This document shows positions 11,961 to 24,587 of a DNA stretch of 62,000 nucleotides, piece after piece. Position 1 is the first letter of the stretch. Each line of letters begins with the position of its first letter. This DNA comes from Chiloscyllium plagiosum (Eukaryota). A model generated the notes under the pieces. It did no database searches, had not been told where the DNA came from, and saw only the letters and a program-made list of their open reading frames with translations. Both the position numbers and the translations under genes were made by a program. Location of the stretch: the NCBI RefSeq assembly GCF_004010195.1, contig NC_057759.1, positions 4,990,657 through 5,052,656 on the forward strand. Direction: 5' to 3'.

Positions 11961-13661
11961 CTATCTGCATGCTTTCTTTCAATGACAGGTGTTCACGCAA
12001 ATCTGGTTTAACATTGCCTTTCTCAGATTTAGATTTTATTGTCACGTGTACTCAAGTACAGGAGTACAGTGGAAAGTGTATAATGGTGTTACGTGCGAAC
12101 GTTAGCTGGATTCTCCCATTCCATCAAAACAGCGGGTAATACATCAAATGATTTATTAAGTGTCTGAATTCTGGCACAAATTCACTAAGACAGATTGTCA
12201 GATGGTATAGCACTTCAGTGCTTTACTTGACCAATCTTTCATTAGAGTTGCAGTGTTCTGTTGTTGTCTAATTAGTGAATTTTCCTCATACACAGTTTAA
12301 GATTTAATGTTTGTGATTTGAATCTTTCTTACTTCTAAATCTCACTGATTGTAACTCCATTCTTAGCCCTACGTTTGGCAACAAATCCTTCCCAACCTAT
12401 AACATGAAGGTGATCATGCACATTAAACCTGGGCTCAGCAGTGATAGTGTTAATGAAATGGTGCAATTGTGATAGATGTGCACTCCTCTGTAACACTCCC
12501 TTAAACAATGATGTCTTTACTGCAACATAATTCAATCTTATAAAACCATGATGCTCAAAGTTTTACCAGGAAATATCTTATCTGTCTGTCTATCTATCTG
12601 ATTAATACTGTCCAAACTATCCATCAAACTTATCCATTCTGCCCTCACATACATTACTTCTTCACTGAGACTCCAACTAACTTGAAGTGTACATGAAATA
12701 AAAGGGTTGTTAATGACAGTTTTCTAGACCAGGAGTTAAATTACATTGTGTTGAAGCTGTCATTTACAGAAACAAAAATTTGTGCAATATCCTTACAGGA
12801 CAGACTTGCTACGATGAGGCCTGACTCAGACATTTCGAATCTTCAGTTCCTCCTTGAGACAAAGGACAGCTGGGGTCTAATCTCACACAGTACATTTTCC
12901 TAACCACAACATTCATTCAGAGAACAAGTCTTTGAGCTGACAAGTCTATGAATTGTGCATTTCCAAGGAGAGTTTCAAAATTAGGAATGGAAAGTACTTG
13001 AGTATAATTCGGAGAGAAAAGAAACAGGAAGTGCTGCTTTCCCAAGGCAGGAACGTTAAAACAGGAGTGGGCTATTCAGCCCCTTGAATCTGCCTTCCTA
13101 GTGAATAGGATCATGGCTGATCGAGCACTTCAATGCAATTTACACGCCTCATTCCCATAACCCAGTTAACGATTGGTAATCAGAAATCTCTCAGCCTCTG
13201 CCTTAAACATGCACATTGATGGAATAGCCTTAGCTCCCTGAATGTACAGAATTCTGAAGGACTATAATCTACTGAGCAAAACAAAATAAACTCTCATCGC
13301 GGACCAACATCCCACTTGTTTAGAAATCCCTGGCTCTAGTTACACCCAAACAGCAAACATTCAATCTGTATCAACCATATCCCTCTCTTTAAGGGTTGTG
13401 TTACTGTATATCAAATATATCATCGCTCATCTGTCCAATTCCTCAATAATACAGGCCCCGTTTGCCCACTCTCTCTTCATAGGATATTGCCCCATCCCAG
13501 AGACATGACTAGTGAATCTTCATTGTCCTCTCTCCACATGGAAATAACATCTTTCTGAGAAAAGGACACCCAATCTTCACACAGTCCTGCAGGTACCTAA
13601 CCAAAGTCCAGTGTGTTTAAAACAAGACTTCACAGCTCGTGTGCTCAAATACTCTTGTAAT

Positions 13662-13931
13662 AAATTCCTTTAGCCTTCCAAAAGCATGTTTTGGCTTTAA
13701 GCAAAGCATTAGAGAGTTTAGATTAGATTTAGATTAGATTTAGATGTAATCTAATGTAATCTAATCTAATCTAAATTCCTTTAGCCTTCCTACAAGCATA
13801 TTTTGGCTTTAAGCAAGGCATTAGAGAGTTTAGATTAGATTTAGATGTAATCTAATGCAATCTAATCTAATCTAAATTCATTTAGCCTTCCTACAAGCAT
13901 ATTTTGGCTTTAAGCAAGGCATTAGAGAGTT
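13662..13931. repeat. Three tandem ~58-bp units separated by palindromic (TTAGA)n/(TCTAA)n spacers
   Basis: The unit aaattcctttagccttcc..ttttggctttaagcaaggcattagagagtt occurs three times. Confidence 0.85.
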
Positions 13932-14619
13932 CTGCAGTAACGGTGCCTCTGTAATCCTGGGTGACTTTAATTTGTATTTGGATTGGACAAAACAAAGTGG
14001 TGGACTATCTGGGTGAGTATGTGTGTGTCTGGTATTTATTCATGTATAAGTTTTGGGTGTTGCTGGGTGGCCAGTATTTGCTGCCCAACCCTAGTTAATC
14101 TTGAGAAGGTGGTCGTGAGCTGCTTTCTTGAAGTTCGTGTGTGTGATTGAGAATGTGATTGCTCTTTAGACGAAAACTTTGAAGAACCAACTAGCCAACA
14201 GATCAATTAACAAGCTTGTCATGTACAAGCTTGTGGAAGAGTGACCATAATATGACAGCATTCTTCATCAAGATGAAGGGCCAACCAGGTGTTGGCACAT
14301 TCATGACAGTGTGGCCCTTAAGTGTCCATCATGTTAGCTGGTGGGTGCACATAGCCCCTTCCAAATAAGGGTGCTGGGTGCCTCCGCGTCTAGCGAATTA
14401 CTCGATGCTCCCGATTGTCCCGAGGGTGACATTCCATTGTCCCATTCAGTGTCCAACTCCAGGTTGCTGTCTGCAGCTGTCAGGTTTGTTTGCAAACTGT
14501 CTGTGGGCAGCTGCAGCCTGTCTGCATTCTGCAGCGTGTGGATTGAAAGTCACTTTAGTCAAGGCTGGTTTGCATTTCCGAGCATGCTTTAACTAATGGC
14601 CACCACATTGAAGTTCATC

Positions 14620-15570
14620 ATAAATAAATTATTTTGGACAGCCTGTCCAGTCACATTATCTTCCTACGCTGCCACCTTCAGTGATCTGTGGACCTGCACA
14701 CCCAGATCTCTCAAAATGTCAATACTTCGAAGGGTTCTGCCATTCACTGTATATTTTCCACTTCGACATAACATTCCAAAACGCATCACCCCACATTTGT
14801 CCAGATAAAACCCCATCTGTCAGTTTTCTGCCCATGCTTCCAACTGATCTATATCCTGCTCTATCCTCTGACAATCTTCCTCACTATCCGTAACTCCACA
14901 AAACTCTATACTGTCTGTAAACTTATTAATCAGACCAGTCACGTTTTCCTCCGACTCATTTGATGTAGATCACGAACAGCAGAGGTCCCAGCACTGATCC
15001 CTGTGGAAAACCAGTCGTCAACAGCCTCCAGTCGACAGGCATTCTTCCAACGCTACCCTTTGTCTCCTATGTCTAAGCCAGTCTGCATCCATCTTTCCAG
15101 CTCATATTTGATACCATTTGAACTAGTCTGCCATGAGCGATCTTGTCAAAGGCTTTACTGAAGTCCATGTACACAGTTTCAACTTCTCCCTCGCCAATCA
15201 TCTTTGTGTCCTTCTCAAAAATTCGATCAAGTTAATGAGGCATGACTATGGTTTCGATCGCTAAGAATTTGCTTATAAATGCATATAGATCTTGTCCTGG
15301 AGAATTGTTTCCAATAAATTCTCTACCATCAACATGAGATTCACAGGCCTGTAATTTCCTGGATTATCCCTGATACCCTTCTCAAACAATGAGATATAAT
15401 TGGCTATTCTCCAGTTCTCTGGAACCTTACCTGTGGCCAAAGCAGATACAAAGATAACTGTCAATGCTCCAGCAATTTGCTCATTGCCTGCCTCAATATT
15501 CTGGAATAGATCCATCAGGGCCCAGGGACTTACCTCCCTGATTACTTTTAAGATGCACAGCACCCCTTTT
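14620..15570 (-). mobile_element. CR1 RT fragment
   Basis: IAGALTVIF..GKVPENWRIAN..DNPGNYRPVNL in ORF 15273-15563. Confidence 0.85.
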
Positions 15571-15790
15571 TAATTAATGCTTATCTTCCAAAATTCTATA
15601 GGCTTTAGAGCATGTCCGATGGATTGCAACTCTCTTTCCTTTTTACATATCCACAGAAACTTGTTTAGTATATCTTTACTTTCACCATAAGTTTTCTCTG
15701 TTTTAAGCACCGTCTGTGTGTTTTTGAAAGATGTCCAAATCTCTGACTGACCTTTGTCTGCCGTAAGTTTTGAGTTGGACAGCACTCATT

Positions 15791-15917
15791 CCTGAAGAAG
15801 GGCTTATGCCCGAAACGTCGATTCTCCTGTTCCCTGGATGCTGCCTGACCTGCTGCGCTTTTCCAGCAACACATTTCCAGCTCTGATCTCCAGCATCTGC
15901 AGACCTCACTTTCTCCT
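15791..15917 (+). mobile_element. Short Penelope-derived insertion with minimal hammerhead motif and 11-bp flanking duplication
   Basis: CTGAAGA-A-GGGC-TTAT-GCCC-GAAACGTC at 15792-15819; cagcactcatt at 15780-15790 and 15918-15928. Confidence 0.75.
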
Positions 15918-16599
15918 CAGCACTCATTGACCGCCTTTCCCAACCATTGGTGGTACTGCCTTCTTGAAAAGTGTGGTGCTGGAAAAACACAGCAGGCCAG
16001 GCAGCACACGAGGACCAGGAGAATCGACGTTTTGGGCATAAGCCCTTCTTCCTGGTCTCCAACATCTGCAGTCCTCATTTTCTCCTGATTTTGCTTTCTT
16101 GTTGAGTTCTGCTTTATAACCTGAATTTTTTTTTTTAATTTTCACTGATAGTTTTGAAACATCTGTTTCTAAATCTGACACTGCTTATCCACCGAGATTC
16201 TCCTTGGTCTATTTTCGTAACCCCCTCCTATAACGATTAGAACGAGGTCAGCCAGGTCGACCTCATAGAATCTGAGTTCCCTGATTGGTCTGGTCCAATC
16301 TGGGAGTCCTGACTGACAGATATAAGCAGAAATATCAGATCTTCTGTTCACATTAGGTGGTGGTTCAGTTTAGCTGAGTCAGTGTCAAGTACTATGCCCA
16401 GTTAACTATTTCAGTGATGAAAAGGGAAAAACGCACTGCTGAAGTGATTCATTTGAAAGAGTTGTCTTTGAATTTGTGGCATCATGCCGTTATTAGGAAA
16501 GCATGACTTGTGAGTTCCTGCCAAAGACTGGGCCCAATATATCGAAAGAATGACATTGGGTCAGATGAAAAGCAATAAGCAATTCTCCTGACATGGATT

Positions 16600-18000
16600 T
16601 TACATTTTCATTTAGAACTTCACCCATCTCGTGTTGCGCTACACGTCGAGACCTTTTTAGTTATGAAGAGGCTCTCTTCTCTCCTTAATTACTCTTTTGT
16701 CCTTCATGTAGTTGGATTCTCCTTTACCTTATCTGCCAATGCCATCTTGTGTCCCCTTTATAAGCTGCTGACTTCTCTCTTAAGCACACTGTGACACCCT
16801 CTATAATCCTCAAGGAATTCACTGAATGACAGCTGCCCATACATGTCATATGTCTCCTTCCTTTCCAAGACCAGGGCCTCTATATCTCTAGTCATCCAGG
16901 GTTCCCTACTTCTTACTGGAACATGCTGGCCCTAAACGCTCATTAACTCACTTTTGATAGCGTCTCATTTATCAGATGTCCCTTTGCCTGCAACCAGCTT
17001 CCCTGAATCAACTCATGACAGTTCCTGTCAAAAACCATCGAAATTGGCCTTGCTCCAGTTGAGAAATTTAACTTGTGGACCTTTCCTCTTCCATAGTTGT
17101 CAAAAGTAATGGAATTATGGTCACCATTCACAAAGTGCTCACTTACTAACATTTCTGAGACTTGCCCTGCCTTATTTCTCAAGAGGAGGTCAAGTTTTGT
17201 GCCTTCTCTAAACGGGCCATATACAAACAGCATGAAAAATTCTTCCTGAGCACATTCACTTTTCTCTCCAACCAAGTCCTCAACGCCATAGCAGCCCAGG
17301 TCGATGTTAGGAAAGTAGAAGTCTCCTATTATTACCATTCTATTATCCTTGCAGCTATCTATGATCTCCTTACATATTTGCTCCTCAATCTCCCACTGTC
17401 TATTGGGAGAGGCCTATAGTAGAAGCGATTAAAGTGATCTTGCCCTTTTGATTTCTCAGCTCTACCCACATAGACTAAGTGAATCATCCCTCAAAAATGT
17501 CCTTTCTCAGGACTGCTGTGATGTTCTCCCTAATCAAAAATGAACTCTCCCTCCTCTCTTGCCTCCCTCTGTATCCTTCCTATAACATCTGTTCCCTCGA
17601 ACAATGAGTTACAAGTCTTGTCCCTCTCTCAGCCATGTTTCTGTAATAGCTGTAATATTCCAGTCCCATGTGACCATCCATGCCCTCAGTTCAGTTGCCT
17701 TACTTATCAGGCTTTCTACCTTGAAATAAGTGAAGTTTAACCCAGGCATCCCTTGCTTCCTGCCATGCCCGCATCTGTCCTGTCTAGTATTAGGATTACC
17801 AACACGCCTTTGTTTTTTAATTGCTGTCATTACCTTCTGTACTGACCTCCACATTCTCTTCCACCTCTCCAACGCTTTTCATTCCGTTTCCCTACTAGAC
17901 TAGATTAACGCCCCCCCCCCCCCCGAGTGGGTGTAGCAAAATCTTCCACCAGGATATCGGTCCCCCTCCAGCTTGAATGCAACCTGTCCCTCTTGTACAG
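16600..18000 (-). mobile_element. CR1 ORF2 5' part (APE endonuclease)
   Basis: WNITAITETWL, VIIGDFYFPNID, LDLLL..GDHNSITF motifs. Confidence 0.85.
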
Positions 18001-18485
18001 GAGATCAAACTGAGGGATGTAAGACGCTGAAGGAATGATTGACAAAGGAGATGGAGACAGAATGCTCCCTTACGTGGAACAATCTAAAACGGGAGGGTCA
18101 CTGTTTCAGGACAATGGAATTGGACAGATTGGAAACAGAGATGGGGAGGAATGGCTGATCCCGTTTCGTCCCAAGAACTGGATAGAGGGGAAGGGAGCTG
18201 AGCTGAGGTGTTTGTTTCTGTGCTGTCAGTGAGGGAGAATTTCTTCTCTCCAAAAGGAGTCAATTTGTGGAATTATTTACCACAAAGGGCTGTCGAGGCT
18301 GGGTCGAGGGTTGAGTGTATTGAAGGCTGAGACTTTTAATCAGTAGGTGGAATGGAGGGTAACGGGGTAGTGGTGGGTGAAGAAAGGTTCCCGTGACTGA
18401 CGACTGTGCCCCACCTCTATCTCTCTCAGATTCTCTGGCTGTGCAAACGTCGCCCAAATCCCGGCCATCAGCAGATTCAGACATG

Positions 18486-18507
18486 CAGGAAACACCAAAC
18501 TGAGTCA
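18486..18507 (+). promoter_or_regulatory. ETS-like (CAGGAAA) and AP-1 (TGAGTCA) motifs just upstream of the putative receptor ATG
   Basis: Perfect TGAGTCA at 18501-18507 and CAGGAAA at 18486-18492, 40-60 nt 5' of ATG 18546. Short motifs, so they could be chance. Confidence 0.3.
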
Positions 18508-18545
18508 CTGACTGAATACACACCCCGATCAGACAGGGCACTGCA

Positions 18546-18576
18546 ATGAAGATCTTCTCTGCTCTCCTACTGATCA
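18546..18576 (+). pseudogene. Signal peptide exon S1: MKIFSALLLI
   Basis: ATG plus hydrophobic run, 31 coding nt, phase-1 donor GTACGT at 18577. Confidence 0.65.
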
Positions 18577-18739
18577 GTACGTATCTCCAGCTTTTATCAC
18601 CATTTCATGCTGAGTGCAAGGACTATATCTCATTCAGCTCCTGCCCTCAGCTCAGTGTACAACGGGAATGTGAACAGAGGCACAATCCTACTGTGTACGA
18701 ACAGTAGTGTACATGTGTGCTGGCATTTCCCAGACTGTT

Positions 18740-20400
18740 TAACAAATACACACACATACAGACAGGCTCATGGACTCACTTTTACACATTCATACTCATC
18801 CTCACACGCACCCTCACATGCACACACTCTCTCACACACATTCACTTACATATTTCCTTATACTCTTAAACGCTTAGTTTCACACTCTCACGCTTACTGA
18901 CAAGCACTCACATACATTCTTTCTCTCACACACACACTTTCCAACACTGTTATTCTGTGTCACACACACACGCTCTCATATGCACTCTCACAAACTCATA
19001 CACTCTATCACTCTCACATACAATCTTTCTCACACACACTGTCTTTTTCATACACTCTCAAAATCTCTCACTCTCTCACGCACAGTGTATCTCTCTCATG
19101 TACGCTCTCTCTCATACCCTCTCTTACCCGTTCTCCTCACAATCTCTCGCAATCTTTCACGTACAGTCACCCTCTCTCACACTCTCTATTGCAATCTCTC
19201 TCTCTCTCTCACAAACAGACTCGTGTGGGAGAAAGAGAGAGTGAGAGTGCACGGGTGACAGAGAGTGAGAGTATGAGAGAGAGTGAGGGTGCGAGAGAGA
19301 GTGTGAGGGTGCGAGAGAGACCAACAGTGAGGGTGAGAGGGAGACAAAGACTGAGGGTGCGGGAGAGAGAGAGTTACACTCTCTATTACAATCTCTCTCT
19401 CTCACACAAACACACTTGTGCAGTAGAAAGAGAGAGTGAGAGTGCGAGAGTGACAGAGAATGACGGGGTGAGAGAGAGTGTGAGAGCACGAGATAGAGTG
19501 TGAGGGTGCGAAAGAGACAAAGAGTGAGGGTGCGGGGGAGAGAGAGAGTGACGTTGCGGAAGAGAGTGGGAGTGAGGGTGCAGGGGAGAGAGGGAGTGAG
19601 GGGCAGGGGAGAGAGAGAGGGTGAGGTGCGGGAGAGAGNNNNNNNNNNNNNNNNNNNNNNNNNNNNNNNNNNNNNNNNNNNNNNNNNNNNNNNNNNNNNN
19701 NNNNNNNNNNNNNNNNNNNNNNNNNNNNNNNNNNNNNNNNNNNNNNNNNNNNNNNNNNNNNNNNNNNNNNNNNNNNNNNNNNNNNNNNNNNNNNNNNNNN
19801 NNNNNNNNNNNNNNNNNNNNNNNNNNNNNNNNNNNNNNNNNNNNNNNNNNNNNNNNNNNNNNNNNNNNNNNNNNNNNNNNNNNNNNNNNNNNNNNNNNNN
19901 NNNNNNNNNNNNNNNNNNNNNNNNNNNNNNNNNNNNNNNNNNNNNNNNNNNNNNNNNNNNNNNNNNNNNNNNNNNNNNNNNNNNNNNNNNNNNNNNNNNN
20001 NNNNNNNNNNNNNNNNNNNNNNNNNNNNNNNNNNNNNNNNNNNNNNNNNNNNNNNNNNNNNNNNNNNNNNNNNNNNNNNNNNNNNNNNNNNNNNNNNNNN
20101 NNNNNNNNNNNNNNNNNNNNNNNNNNNNNNNNNNNNNNNNNNNNNNNNNNNNNNNNNNNNNNNNNNNNNNNNNNNNNNNNNNNNNNNNNNNNNNNNNNNN
20201 NNNNNNNNNNNNNNNNNNNNNNNNNCCCCCACACCCACACACACACACACTTACAGACACATGACCTCTCTCCCTCATGCACACTACCTCACACATGCAC
20301 ACACGCTCACTCTGTCTCGCTCTCACGCACACACATTCATACGCTGTTTCTCACGCACACACATTTTTTTTCTCTCACACACAAAAATGCACATGTGACC
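18740..20400. repeat. (CA)/(CT)/(GA) microsatellite-rich low-complexity tract with gap
   Basis: Dinucleotide runs flank N-gap 19639-20225. Confidence 0.9.
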
Positions 20401-20587
20401 TCAACAAATGAATCTGATTATGCATCACCACTGAACAAATTAAAGCAAGGCCCCTCATTTTAAGGTGTAGCATCACAAGAGACCATTCAGCCCTTTGAGC
20501 CAGCTCCGCCATTCAATGAGTTCATGACTGGTCTGGTCATCCTCAACTCCTCAAAGGTATTGATTGTGCCTAATTGTGTATTTTCAG

Positions 20588-20617
20588 AGCAAGTGATGAT
20601 TCTACAAATACGAGAAG
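20588..20617 (+). pseudogene. Signal peptide mini-exon S2 (30 nt): (K)QVMILQIRE(G)
   Basis: Acceptor tgtattttcAG, donor AAG|GTATGT; phase 1-1, in frame with S1 and the first Ig exon. Confidence 0.6.
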
Positions 20618-20844
20618 GTATGTTGCGATCCAGTGGGCCTTCCTTTCATGACTTGTTGAAGAACTCCACAGTGTCTGCACTAACATCAGTGTTTACATCA
20701 TGGAAAACAAAGTCACACATGTTTGGGAGATCTGAAACAAAAACAAAGTGTTGGATGAGCTCAGCAGCTCTGGCAGCATCTGTGGACTGAGAGAGAGAGA
20801 GAAAAACACAGTTAGTATTGTGTGTCCATCACATCCTGATTTAG

Positions 20845-23420
20845 AGTCATTGCGATGTATAGCACAGAAACAGGCCCTTCAGTCCAACTCGTCCACATGA
20901 CCATAGAACATAGAACATCACAGCGAAGCAGAAGCCCTTTTACCCTAGAGAATGCACCAACCTGTGGAACGACTCTTAAGCCCATCTATCCTACACTATT
21001 CCATTTTCATCCATATGTTTATCCAAAGACCATTTAAATGCCCTTAAAGTTAGCGACTCTACTACTTTTGTAGGCAGTGTATTCCATGCCCCATACTACT
21101 CTGAGTAAAGAACCTACTTCTGACATCTGTCCTATGTCTATCAACCCTCAATTTAAAGCGATGTTTCCTTCTGCTAGTCATCACCATTCGAGGCAAAAAC
21201 ACTCTCACTGTCCACCCTGTCTAACCCTCTGATTATCTTATATGCCACAATTAAGTTACCCCTCAACCTTATTCTCTCTTATGAAAATAGTCTTAAGTCC
21301 CTCAACCTTTCACCAGAAGACCTGCCCTCCAAACCAGACAAAATCCTCGTCCACCTTCTCGGAACCCCTTCCAAAGCTTCCACATCCTTCCTATAATGCA
21401 GTAACCAGAATTGATCACAATACTCCAAGTGCGGCCACACCAGAGGTTTGTACAACTGCAACATGACTTTATGGTTCTGAAACTCGATCCCTCTACTAAT
21501 AAAAGGTAACACACCGAATGCCTTCTTAATGATCCTACCAACCTGGGTGACAACTTTCAGGGATCTATGGACATAGACACTGAGATCTCTCTACTCATTT
21601 ACACTACCAAGAATCTTACCATTATCTCAGTACTCGTTATTCCTGTTGCTCCTTCCAAAGTGAATCATCTTATACTTTTCTGCATTAAACACCATTTGCC
21701 ACCTCTTAGCCCAGCTCTGATCGAGTCTACGCTGCAACCTGCAACATCCTTCACCACCATCCACAACTCAACCGATCTTAATGTCTTCCACAAATGTACT
21801 AACTCATTCTTCTGTGCCCTCATCCATGTCATTTATTAAAATAACAAACAGCAGTGGCCCCAAAGCCCATCCTTGTTGTACACCATTGCTAATTGAACTC
21901 CAGGATGAACATTTCCCATTAACCACCACCATCTTCTTTCAAGTAAACAATTTCTGATCCAAACTGCTAAATCATCCTTAATCCCATGCCTCTGTATTTT
22001 GTACAATAGTCCACTATGGGGAAACCTATCAAATGTCTTACTGCGATGCATATACACATCAACCGCTTTACCCTCATCCACCTGTTTGGTCACCTTCTCA
22101 AAGAACTCAATGAGTTTTGGGAGGCACAACCTACCTTTCACAAAACCGTGTTGACTATCCCTAATCAACATATTTCTCACCGGATGATTATAAATCATAT
22201 CTCTTATAAACTTTTCCAAAACTTTACCCAAAACCTAAGTAAAGTTCACTGGTCTGTGATTACCAAGGTTTTCTCTACTCCCCTTTTTCCACAAGGAGGC
22301 AACATTTGCTATCCAGATATCCTAAATTAATCAATCCATTTGCCAGGAGCTGGCTCATACCCTTCAAAATCTTTGCTATTCATAAACCCATCTAGATGTC
22401 TTCTAAATCTTGCAATTGAACCCATCTTCAACACTTCATCTGGCAGCTCATTCCATACATGCGTCACCCTCTGCATGAAAAAGGTGCCCCTTAGGTCCCT
22501 TTTGAATCGTTCATCTCATACTTTAAATCTATGCCCTCTTGTTTTGTACTCCCCTACCCTGGGGATAAGACCTTGGCTATTCACACTCTCTATGCTCCTC
22601 ATGATTTTATACACCTTTATCATAAACCTTCAGCCTCGAACGTTCCAGGGAAAATAGACCCAGCTCACTCAATCTCTCCACACAGCTTACACCCTCCAAC
22701 CCTGGCAGCATTTTTGTTAATCTTTTCTCAAATTTCTCAACACCTTGCGGATGTCAGTATTCTCAATGTGCTGAACCAATGTCCTGTATAGCCATAACAT
22801 GACAACCCAACTCCTATATTCAATGCACTGACCATTAAAGCCAAGCGTACCAAATGCCCTCTTCACCTTGTTCCCCACCTGCAATGCCATCTTCAATGAA
22901 CTCTAAACCTGCATTCCAAGATCTCTTTGTCTGACAATACTCCTCAGAACCTACCGTCAAGTGTATACGTCATTTCCAGATTTGTGTTATGAAAAAGCAG
23001 CACCTCACATTTATCTAAATTGAACTCCTTCTGCCACTCTTCAGCCCATCAAATCAAGGTCCTGAGATGACCTCATTCACTGTCCACTTTGCCATCAATT
23101 GTGCTGTTGTCTGAAAATTTCCAAATCATGCCTTTTATTTTCACATCCTAATCATTTACATAAGGAAAAGCAGTGGATGCAGCACCGATCCTTGTGGCAC
23201 CCTGCTGGCCCCAGGCCTTCTCTCTGAAAAGCAATCCACCACTGTCTGTCTCCTATCTTCTAGCCAATTGTGTGTCCAATGGCTAGCTCAACAGCCTACC
23301 ATGTGGAACCTTGTCAAACTTCTTGCTGACGTCTATATAGACAACATTCACCACTCTGCTTTTATCAATCTTCCTCTCTCACTTCTCCAAAAATTCAATC
23401 AAACTATTGAGGTACGATTT
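20845..23420 (-). mobile_element. Nested CR1 RT/3' fragments
   Basis: ORFs 21836-22231 (DSQHGFVKGRLCL..IEFFEKVT) and 21279-21512 (PHLEYCDQFW). Confidence 0.85.
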
Positions 23421-23439
23421 TCCTCACACAAAGCCATGT

Positions 23440-24230
23440 TGCCACTGCATTTTGTTGATATTGGACAGGCTTTGGGGAGTCCAAAGATGTGTTACTCACT
23501 GCACACTTCCCAGCCATTGATCTGCTCTTGTAGCTATTGTGTTTTCATGGTGAGTCTAATTCAGTTTCTGGTCAAAGGTAACTGCAGGATATTAATCGAG
23601 GGGGAATTCAGTAATGGTGTTAATATTGAGTGTCAAGTGCCGTTGGTTAGATTTTCTCTTAATGGTAACCCTCAGGATGTTAATCATGGGATGAATCAGT
23701 GATGCAAACACCATTGAGGGGCGATGATTAGATTCTTTTAATGATAACAATCCAGATGTTGTGGAGGGGGAGGATGGGTTCAGTGATGGTAGCGCCATTG
23801 AGCATTAAGGTGTCCATGGTTATGATCTCTCAACATAGCCTCCAGAATGTTGATAATGGGGAACATGAAGGAGATGATGGTTAAATTATCTCTCAATGGT
23901 AACCCCAGCATGTTGATAGTGGGGGATGTGGTAATAATACCACAACTGGACACCGAAGGGCGATGCTTTTATTCTCTCTCAATCGTAACTTCCACCCCCA
24001 ATGCTGATAGTGTGAGGGAATCAGTGATGGCAATATCTTTGAAAGTGAAGGTGCTGATGAGATTCTCTCTCACTAGTCACCCCAGGATATTGATATTGAA
24101 GCGATTCAAAGATGGTAACTCAACTGAATGTCAACAGGGTGATGGTTCAATTCTCTCTTATTGGAATAGTCATTGCCTGCAATTTGTGAGTGGGAATGTT
24201 ACTTACCACTCACCAACCCAAGACAGCTTG
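23440..24230 (-). repeat. LINE RT fragment locally amplified into ~70-85-bp tandem units
   Basis: Recurrent ggtaaccc.caggatgttgatagtgggg..gatggtaat..cattga..gttagattctctct; minus strand encodes INILRVTI..ESNH..LTLNINTITE. Confidence 0.65.
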
Positions 24231-24311
24231 AGTTGTCAGAGTGGCAAGCTACTGCAACATGCTGATTTCAGTTCTTTTCATTGTGGCTGTGTGTGTTTTT
24301 GTATGGATTAG

Positions 24312-24587
24312 GTTCCTCAGTGGAGACTGGAGCACCCGTACTAACGATGGAGCCAATGTGGAACAGATTCTTAACGGGCGACCGGATCACTCTTAGCTGC
24401 GATACCGGTCGGGAGCTTCATTTGACGACCTAAAACTGGATCAGAAACAACATTTTCAAAGATTTCAAGGGGAAATCGTTCGTCATTGAGGCTGCTGGAA
24501 AGAAGCGTGATGGGGAGTACAGATGCCAAGCTTCCACATCGACACATAAAACACCTTACAGTAATAGCATACTTGTGAGCATATCCT
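24312..24587 (+). pseudogene. Ig-C2 exon 1 (FcR/FCRL D1-like) with in-frame stop
   Basis: GSSVETGAPVLTMEPMWNRFLTGDRITLSCDTGRELHLTT*NWIRNNIFKDFKGKSFVIEAAGKKRDGEYRCQASTSTHKTPYSNSILVSIS. Cys at 24398 and 24524, Trp at 24437, TAA at 24431; 276 nt; donor position reads CTGAGT instead of GTGAGT. Confidence 0.85.

Noticed and set aside
12799..12903. Possible terminal exon DRLATMRPDSDISNLQFLL..*
   Set aside because: Acceptor only; no recognisable motif or linked exon.
14340..14600. GC-rich stretch open in several frames
   Set aside because: No recognisable domain or convincing pair of splice sites.
18430..18548. Acceptor-like ctctctcAG suggesting a terminal coding exon
   Set aside because: Better explained as promoter/5' UTR of the leader exon; translations are uninformative.
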